From: a virus
Lineage: Duplodnaviria > Caudoviricetes
Virus record (IMG/VR): IMGVR_UViG_3300025652_000108
Coordinates: 1 to 52,339 of that record
Direction: 5' to 3' (one strand)
DNA length: 52,339 nt
Below the pieces are notes generated by a model. That model worked only from the letters and a program-made list of their open reading frames with translations, did not search any database and was not told where the DNA came from. The translations under genes were made by a program, and so were the position numbers. Positions 47,301 through 52,339 of the stretch are shown piece by piece (the first letter of the stretch is position 1; each line of letters starts with the position of its first letter).

Positions 47301-47303
47301 TAG
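41343..47303 (+). CDS. Large internal virion / DNA-ejection protein (1986 aa)
   Basis: Gly/Ala-rich hydrophobic N-terminal region, Q/E/P-rich middle, helical C-terminal region with YFHAGRVG (PLxRFG-like) and YLGLSPA...Q motifs. Confidence 0.7.
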   Translation: MADPLDFLRSDNAPRFEPYRGPLAAPSSVRASDDRPGVVGGGLRAGFNELQGLGGAAVSAVGKLTGAQGLEQWGATTAAKNFGEAQQFGRPDLEVAPWREGGASVLPWLGYQISKQVPTLVGTLAATAATGGVGALAAPAAAGAGRAAAAQALRAGATRSAAQSAARRAVVGSAVRRTSGGLAFGSGIGLGSMYNEALERGDPTRADALKAVALAPLYGATELVPDLLLGKVLAQGAKTVGRSATRAGITAAAQRVATGTALGAATEAPTEALQTVLENSFRPDLSQEEKSRRIVDAALTGAAVGGSLRGAASIRPLREKSPQDITDDEISQSVDGSLQPAAQTAPAEVTGEQLVEQALAREAQPDVQPVVGPQQAEQPEMFSRPEMPEAPRPFADYTPEQLEFTAQATLERQGQPDVPQQEREQAQQILGLIRDEVALRQEEQAAQTPEVPVTEVGEGPTLFEPEQVPQGTPAQIAEQRAVQEAQIAEEQAAREAPEIAAREEARLIEDAALGIANRGTVNQRQTGLAVNDQGQATVSPRADTRITKAAAERDRVRRQYRDLETLNPQQQARLERVESSVRDLNAERTVLQARADQVNNLLGQGEETINAIQEQRAAQVDVRQPAEVSAEIPSEDAGRRQVTPEEILDQAEIPRVVYRGGGQATFSDQPPADTEISVRGGEAGTSIPYGDLTNLSAVTKAVRAVGLGPAEARANAQAIVNAVKENGVEAISDFNTPALNMRISDPNFRAEAVPSIEQVVKVDRSFLTPDRQDVRQPSVQQDLANEGFRFAQVTTPQGDRFVELPQPTGAFRITGEQPAPTPERTQQAQARLAQTPLDRPQYTIPPASKVTPAEVKQPVPFNQPGPGVTDIPAAPSFKADGTQKTMADVRAEAAENPSSVYNAMETDPGTKVDVPNSPQKDADALKTVGEKIEEGVRRLGRTSLERLHPTLQDFVLYAQDKRSIIRQAKGLFPSGGLEQLQEAGDVRANLENHIARVFNATVEAYKALKPETQDLIGKTMQYNIADINYQLSWDQHTWLQDDPNAADLRKVVNEANADYRRLKQKEGGRGARVLNSFADANRTIALGYQASALHQMILRDAAVGDVAAAKRRIGEDPIFELVSRKRLADPRKMVPYLEKRRDELLQKAEQVSARRRADSATNNTPLTSVTSELEQFIQELKPRLATEGNVQYFHAGRVGDHRLGFRIRTTETADGRRVIDPVARDAVAKAYADADITAPVFGGPAEPSVGASPTTNNTFMKFETQREQVKAEQVARRLMADGVLESDSEIAVGFDMDGAFSPEEASRWSAGLTDYIKANMLPTAEEASTMSATQLEAVRRDVNLHTGQVHRYFLNSLPVSAAVKLEQRRRAVDGYQRDMFRSYAHRALAGARGMASSGTAYQRMEANNAMAADIRDLGTISTAAGDVASPRANAAQKVKNEFVKREAQRAAREEMPLLGKVRAVNHVFYLGLSPAYMLLTTLQVPIVALPKIGAVYGYAKTVNQLSTAVPLAGRVVRAMVKNTNFGEAGFATLNEQSLRNEGVTDPADIQMIMDLMDTMAIDIGAQIRELGSVASNQLENGFDKTLRVAGAAGFYSEVAARLTTGVATHRMARERGMTGQALIREVRDKIHTTMFDFTQENVGRATGTEGILGRATPLAAAFQQYNYQLLSMLYTETTNALRLSDATPAEVTQARKFLAWHAGMVTALAGSMGLPFAAVISRIAEEGMNALRGDEEEPINMDLLYRNMLADTFGADVGEVLARGLPRAFGFDLSTRVGEQHVLPFSKFIEDRRAIKDAFPDMAARAFGAPVGILVGGGTAAERMADGDLLGAMKESLPIALRNVVKALDMADGDYTNTSGRTLPISPTGLDIMYQGLGLSPQQRSEYNEFNNYERILTGKAQQRKQLITRQITAAVRTGDRELLGEWLDRAGDWDQNNPGNRIMPTLTRTVKSRLRGEAEADVLNVPLNARTSDPALFERLRGANF

Positions 47304-47317
47304 AGGGGCTAACGATT

Positions 47318-48370
47318 ATGGTAAGATTCGTAGATCGCGCGCAAGTGACTACCACGTCGGCCGGAACGGGGGACATCATCCTCGGCTCAGCGCGGCCGGG
47401 GTATCAGTCGTTCGTGGCAGCAGGTGTGCAGGACGGAGACACTGTACGGTACGTAATCGAGGACGGTGAGCAGTGGGAGATTGGTCTCGGTGTTTATACT
47501 GTCGCCGACAACCGCTTGGCCCGAAGTGCGACGGAGAGCAGCAACGCGGGTGAGCTTGTAGTTTTGAGTGGTCAGCCTGCGGTCGTGTATGTAACAGCGG
47601 CGGCGGTAGACATCGCGCAGCTGAACGCGCCGGCCCAGTTTACGTCTGTGCAGCTGACGGGGGGTACCGGAGATCAAGGCACCATCACGTGGAACGCGGA
47701 CCTTGAGACACTCGACGTTATTCAAAACGGCGCCATATTACCGCTAGGGCAAGAGACCCAGATTCATGTGCGCAACAATACAGGTGCACCTATCCCGAAA
47801 GGTGCGGCAGTCCGCGCAACAGGCGCGCTTGGGAACTCAGGCCGCATCACGGTCGACCTCATGGTCGCCGACGGTTCTGTGCCGGCCCGCTTTTTCCTCG
47901 GGATTTCGGACGAAGAGATCGCCGCGGACACTGACGGTAAGGTCGTCACGTTCGGTAAGATCAAAGGCGTCAACACTTCCGTTTACGCGGATGGAACGGT
48001 TCTTTGGCTGGACCCCGCAGCACTCGGTGGGTTTACCGAGGTTGAACCGAGCGCACCCAACCTGAAGATTGCCGCAGCGTTCGTCGTCTCAGGGAAAAAC
48101 AACGGCGTACTCATGGTGCGAGTCGACCACGGTAGTCGGTTGTTCGACGCCCACGACGTGGAAATTTCTACCCCTGCGGATGGAGATGTACTCTCGTGGG
48201 ATGAATCAAACACTCGTTGGACCAATTACACCCTCAGCACGCGCAACCTAACAGATATTGACGTATCGGGGCAGACAAACGGTAGTGTGTTGGTGTATAA
48301 CGGTACCACGTCAAAATTTGAGGCCACGGTTAGCCTCGCGGACCAGATCATCGTAGGAGGCTTTTACTGA
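47318..48370 (+). CDS. Tail fibre-associated protein
   Basis: DRA..TT...GTG.I.LG.A..GYQSF...WEIG.G.Y N-terminal domain; DV.I..PADGDVL.W repeats. Confidence 0.7.
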   Translation: MVRFVDRAQVTTTSAGTGDIILGSARPGYQSFVAAGVQDGDTVRYVIEDGEQWEIGLGVYTVADNRLARSATESSNAGELVVLSGQPAVVYVTAAAVDIAQLNAPAQFTSVQLTGGTGDQGTITWNADLETLDVIQNGAILPLGQETQIHVRNNTGAPIPKGAAVRATGALGNSGRITVDLMVADGSVPARFFLGISDEEIAADTDGKVVTFGKIKGVNTSVYADGTVLWLDPAALGGFTEVEPSAPNLKIAAAFVVSGKNNGVLMVRVDHGSRLFDAHDVEISTPADGDVLSWDESNTRWTNYTLSTRNLTDIDVSGQTNGSVLVYNGTTSKFEATVSLADQIIVGGFY

Positions 48371-49260
48371 TGGCTACACGTATCATTCTGCTGAAAAGCA
48401 GTACAGCCGGGGCAGCACCACTGGCCGGGAATCTCGAGCAGGGTGAGGTCGCACTAAATCTCGCGGATCGCAAGCTCTACACGAAAGACAACAGCAACAA
48501 TGTTGTGCCGATCGGTGCAGCGTTCGTCGGCCCGACTGCTCCAAGTGCGCCAGCGGAAGGCGATTTGTGGTATGATGCGACGAATGATTTGCTCAAGTCC
48601 TACAACGGCACGACGTGGTCACCCACAGGTTACACGACGCTCGCCGAATTCGGTATCACCGCGACCGCGGCGGAGCTGAATTTTGTCGACGGTGTAACAA
48701 GTGGTATTCAAGCCCAGTTAGACGGTAAGGCTGCCAGTGTTCACACACACGTGATCGCGGACGTCACAGATTTCACAGACAACTCTACGAACTGGGACAC
48801 AGCATTCAGCTGGGGCGACCACGCGCTTGCGGGGTATCTCACCGAGGCAGGGGTAGAGGCGGATACGCTTGAAACTGTCACTGCGCGTGGGGCGACCACT
48901 CCGACAGCGGTGAGCTTTACCAGTGCCGCATCTTCGACAACCACGACCACAGGTGCGGTTGTAATCACCGGCGGTCTGGGGGTCGGTGAAAACCTGAACG
49001 TCGGTGGCAACGCCATTATCACCGGTGATCTTACCGTTAACGGCACGACAACCTCGGTAAATTCTAACGAGGTAAACATTGGCGACGCCATCATCCTTTT
49101 GAATGCGGATGAGGCAGGTACACCGTCCCAGAGCGCGGGTATCGAGATTGAGCGTGGGACCTCCGCGAACGTATCGTTCCTGTGGGACGAGTCTGCCGGC
49201 CAGTGGTCACTGGGGGGTGAGACACTAGGTGACGTTACGATCGACGGTGGGACCTACTGA
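48370..49260 (+). CDS. Tail fibre protein
   Basis: I.LK.S...P...L..GE.ALN..D.KLY N-terminus; GA.VITGGLGVG, GDLTVNGTTT and AGIEIERG motifs. Confidence 0.75.
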   Translation: MATRIILLKSSTAGAAPLAGNLEQGEVALNLADRKLYTKDNSNNVVPIGAAFVGPTAPSAPAEGDLWYDATNDLLKSYNGTTWSPTGYTTLAEFGITATAAELNFVDGVTSGIQAQLDGKAASVHTHVIADVTDFTDNSTNWDTAFSWGDHALAGYLTEAGVEADTLETVTARGATTPTAVSFTSAASSTTTTTGAVVITGGLGVGENLNVGGNAIITGDLTVNGTTTSVNSNEVNIGDAIILLNADEAGTPSQSAGIEIERGTSANVSFLWDESAGQWSLGGETLGDVTIDGGTY

Positions 49261-49263
49261 TAA

Positions 49264-49317
49264 TTGACCTGTTTGAGGGTGTGTGCAATAATGTAGGGGC
49301 CGCTCCATAGCGGCCCT
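49264..49317 (+). promoter_or_regulatory. Possible internal promoter and hairpin
   Basis: TTGACC-N17-AATAAT followed by ggggccgct-ccat-agcggccct in an intergenic gap. Confidence 0.4.
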
Positions 49318-49336
49318 TCGTATGTGAGGACGCCCG

Positions 49337-49738
49337 ATGGCTGCAAAGATTATTCTAAAGAAGTCGGCGTTAGCGTCGGCGGTGCCTTCGGCGGCCACGC
49401 TTGAGCCCGGCGAACTCGCGATTAACTTGGCGGATCGCACGCTGTACAGCAAAGATACCGGCGGTACGGTCTTCTCGTTGGTCGCTGGCGGTTCATACAG
49501 TAACGCTGAAGTTGATGCGCACCTGAACACAGCCGCCGCGACCGAGGGTCAGGTTCTGTCGTGGGATGGCGCAGATTACGCGTGGGTGGCTGCCGCGGTA
49601 GGGACAGCGGTTGCCCGAACTGTAGACGGCGGCGCTTCTTCGACCGTGTTTCTATCGTCGCAAACCATAGACGGTGGGTTAGCGGCGTCCACATATACAT
49701 CAGATCAAACAATTAACGGAGGCGGGGCGGATGGCTGA
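49337..49738 (+). CDS. Short tail fibre-like protein
   Basis: Same N-terminal module type as 48370-49260; GQVLSWDG and IDGG repeats. Confidence 0.65.
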   Translation: MAAKIILKKSALASAVPSAATLEPGELAINLADRTLYSKDTGGTVFSLVAGGSYSNAEVDAHLNTAAATEGQVLSWDGADYAWVAAAVGTAVARTVDGGASSTVFLSSQTIDGGLAASTYTSDQTINGGGADG

Positions 49739-52091
49739 TCGCATACAACTACGTCGTGACGTTGCGGCAAACTGGACCAGTGTGAACCCCACGCTTGCAC
49801 AAGGCGAGTTCGGCTATGAAACGGATACGAGCAAGCTAAAGTTCGGTGATGGTGTGACCGCGTGGGCCAGTTTGGCGTACTTTAGCCTGAACATCGACGA
49901 GATTGCAGGCTTCACCGACAACTCCACGGACTGGGACACGGCGTTCGGCTGGGGTGACCACGCACTGGCCGGGTACGCGGCAAGCGTACACACCCACGTC
50001 ATCGCGGACATCACGGACTTCACCGATAACTCCACGGACTGGGACACGGCGTTCGGCTGGGGTGACCACGCGCTGGCTGGCTACGCGACGACGGTTGATG
50101 TGGCCGCTGCCAATTACGCGACTGAAACGTACGTCGACACGGCGGTAGCTACTCTTGTCGACACCGCGCCAGCTGCTCTGGATACGCTGAACGAGCTGGC
50201 CGCTGCTCTGGGCGACGATCCAAATTTCGCTACGACGGTCACGAACAACATTGCCACAAAAGTGTCGAAAGCCGGCGATACAATGACCGGTGATTTGACG
50301 GTGCCTAACGTCGTCACAGCTGGACTGGTTGACGGTCGAGATGTGTCAGTGGACGGTGCGAAGTTAGATGGTATCGAGGTAGGCGCGGACGTCACGGACG
50401 CAGCAAATGTCGAGCCGTTGGTAGATACCCACTTGAACGTCGGCACGGCCACTACGGGTCAAGTGTTATCGTGGGACGGTGCGGACTATGACTGGGTGGT
50501 AGCAGGTGGCTCCGCGGATGGTGCCGTCGGCACAATTACGGCTGGCGACGTGGACCTGTCCACAGGTACCGTATTTGCTGATGCGCCCTCAGCGAATGTG
50601 ACGTACACGTTCAGCAACCCGCCAGCAGCAGGCATAGGGTATAGCTTTACGCTCCGTGTTTTGGGTGGGGAGGACGCCTCTACATACGACATTGCTAACG
50701 CTGTAAACGATGGCGTCACTTTCAATACATACGCTCAGGATAGGTCCACTCAAGGGTTCGTATTCAGCCCCGACGGCAAGAAAATCTACGTTATCGGCCT
50801 TGTTACCAATACGGTGTTCCAATACTCACTGAGCAGCCCGTTTGACCTAAGCACTGCTTCTTATGATGGTGTCAGTTTTGTTGTCTCTGGTCAGGACACA
50901 TCATGTCGTAGTCTAGCCTTCAGCGGTGATGGTACAAAAATGTATGTGCTTGGTGTCGATTCAGACGCAGTACATCAATACACATTGTCTACAGGGTTTG
51001 ACCTCAGTACGGCGACCTATGACAGTGTTAGTTTCAGTGTCAGTGCACAAGCGACCGGTGCCCAGACTGTGACTATTAGTCCCGACGGCACTAAGATGCA
51101 CATTGTTGGCCCCATCTCAGACTCCGTGCATCAGTACACGTTGTCCACAGGGTTTGACCTTAGCACGGCGGCATATGACACTAGCTTTAGCGTCGCAGCG
51201 CAAGAGTCGACAGCGTATGGTCTTGGTTTTAGCGCTGACGGAACGAGCATGTTTATCGTTGGCCGAGACGATGGCGACCGCATTTGGCAATATACGCTGA
51301 CAACTGCCTTCGACATCAGCACTGCGTCTTATGCGAACATCGCGTTTTATATGTACCCCCCGGTTATTAGGGGCGTGGCTGTACAATTTAGCGCGGACGG
51401 CAAGAAGATGTTCGTGTTCGATATTTGGAATAATGACATTTACCAGTTTACAGTGAGTGTAAGCAATATAGTGTTCACCTTCGACTACCCTGCATCGGTA
51501 GACTGGTTTGGGTACGAAGCACCGGCGGACCCGACCCCGGGTGTGACAGATATTCTGGAGTTTTTTACGGACGATGGGGGTGCGACATACTACGGGTCAC
51601 TCATTTACTCCACTGACTCGTCTAAAACCGTCGTGCGGTCGTCTAATCTGGCGACGGTGGCCACTTCGGGCAGCTACAACGATCTGGCCAACCTGCCTAC
51701 ACTCGCGACGGTGGCCACTTCGGGCAGCTACAACGATCTGGCCAACCTGCCTACAATCGCGGGAGACAACCCAACCTTCGTGTCCCTCTCGGTTACGGGC
51801 TCGATTACCGAAAATGTGCATACCCTTACCGGTACCGCTGTGGCGTTAGACCCATCGAACGGCACAATTCAAGCACACACCCTGACCGACGCAACTACAT
51901 ACACGGACAGCTTGGCGTCGGGTCAGAGCATTACGTTGGTCATCCCCGGTACCGCGAACACCGTGACATGGCCCACTGACAAGTGGCTGGGTGGTGTTGC
52001 GCCGACACTGGATGCAACGAACGATAACATCGTATCGCTCTTTAAGATCGGGACCACGCTGTACGGCAGCAGCCTCGGGGTGTTTAGCTGA
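49731..52091 (+). CDS. Tail fibre / receptor-binding protein with Mtd-N-like domain and beta-propeller
   Basis: IQLRRD.AANW..VNP.LAQGE.GYETDT..KFGDG.T.W; LDTLNELAAALGDD; repeated FS.DGTKMYV...QY.LST.FDLSTA blades. Confidence 0.82.
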   Translation: MADRIQLRRDVAANWTSVNPTLAQGEFGYETDTSKLKFGDGVTAWASLAYFSLNIDEIAGFTDNSTDWDTAFGWGDHALAGYAASVHTHVIADITDFTDNSTDWDTAFGWGDHALAGYATTVDVAAANYATETYVDTAVATLVDTAPAALDTLNELAAALGDDPNFATTVTNNIATKVSKAGDTMTGDLTVPNVVTAGLVDGRDVSVDGAKLDGIEVGADVTDAANVEPLVDTHLNVGTATTGQVLSWDGADYDWVVAGGSADGAVGTITAGDVDLSTGTVFADAPSANVTYTFSNPPAAGIGYSFTLRVLGGEDASTYDIANAVNDGVTFNTYAQDRSTQGFVFSPDGKKIYVIGLVTNTVFQYSLSSPFDLSTASYDGVSFVVSGQDTSCRSLAFSGDGTKMYVLGVDSDAVHQYTLSTGFDLSTATYDSVSFSVSAQATGAQTVTISPDGTKMHIVGPISDSVHQYTLSTGFDLSTAAYDTSFSVAAQESTAYGLGFSADGTSMFIVGRDDGDRIWQYTLTTAFDISTASYANIAFYMYPPVIRGVAVQFSADGKKMFVFDIWNNDIYQFTVSVSNIVFTFDYPASVDWFGYEAPADPTPGVTDILEFFTDDGGATYYGSLIYSTDSSKTVVRSSNLATVATSGSYNDLANLPTLATVATSGSYNDLANLPTIAGDNPTFVSLSVTGSITENVHTLTGTAVALDPSNGTIQAHTLTDATTYTDSLASGQSITLVIPGTANTVTWPTDKWLGGVAPTLDATNDNIVSLFKIGTTLYGSSLGVFS
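51651..51755 (+). repeat. 54-bp in-frame tandem duplication (LATVATSGSYNDLANLPT x2)
   Basis: Identical gcgacggtggccacttcgggcagctacaacgatctggccaacctgcctaca at 51651 and 51705. Confidence 0.9.
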
Positions 52092-52315
52092 TGCCGCTGT
52101 TGCGCAATGTAGGGCAGATGGCGGCAGCGTATAACGTCGCGTCTAACGCCGCTTCAAGCCCGGGCACCGAACCTTACGCGCTCTCGGCGGAGGATTTCCT
52201 ATTTGATGCAACTGTGATAAGTTCGATGTATCAAGACCCGTTTCAGGAGACAGTTGTTTCTGTCAGCTCTGACCTTGTGAGTTATATGAAAGATCAGGCG
52301 ATTAGCACTGGCTAA
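52091..52315 (+). CDS. Short tail-associated ORF, possibly truncated
   Basis: Coupled to the fibre stop; D....SSMYQD.....V......V.YMKD resembles the N-terminus of longer tail proteins. Confidence 0.45.
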   Translation: MPLLRNVGQMAAAYNVASNAASSPGTEPYALSAEDFLFDATVISSMYQDPFQETVVSVSSDLVSYMKDQAISTG

Positions 52316-52339
52316 GGAGAAAGAACTATGACCGTATAT

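Noticed and set aside
41343-47303. N4-like virion RNA polymerase
   Set aside because: No recognisable RNAP motifs, and much shorter than N4 vRNAP.
49731-52091. Diversity-generating retroelement suggested by the Mtd-N-like domain
   Set aside because: No reverse transcriptase and no template/variable repeat pair with adenine-specific mismatches noticed in the window.

Overview
The window is most of a tailed dsDNA phage genome, probably podovirus-like and apparently circularly permuted; an alphaproteobacterial host is only an inference. It has three blocks. (1) A rightward late module that wraps round the window ends: 32.7-52.3 kb has TerS, TerL, portal, scaffold, N4-gp56-type major capsid, adaptor, a 1986-aa ejection protein and tail fibres, and 0-9.3 kb has the end of an M15 endolysin, spanins and more virion genes. 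(2) A leftward replication module (9.3-23.7 kb): DUF927 primase-helicase, SSB-like protein, SNF2 helicase, VRR-NUC, PD-(D/E)XK and DEDD nucleases, family A DNA polymerase, dCMP deaminase and a DUF5664 diphosphohydrolase. (3) A leftward early region (23.7-32.4 kb). The standout is the early region: 11 exact copies of the perfect 16-bp palindrome TGTGACACGTGTCACA, which matches the CRP-box pattern TGTGA-N6-TCACA. Seven copies punctuate consecutive gene junctions, so the genes (including an AAA+/vWA-metallopeptidase/DUF3150-like module) form a cassette-like array. The same region holds a symmetric iteron-like origin candidate, a duplicated promoter-hairpin with compensatory changes, a third repeat family and two paralogous basic proteins. 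I saw no integrase, reverse transcriptase, CRISPR array or tRNA. Family assignments come from motif recognition by eye, not database searches.
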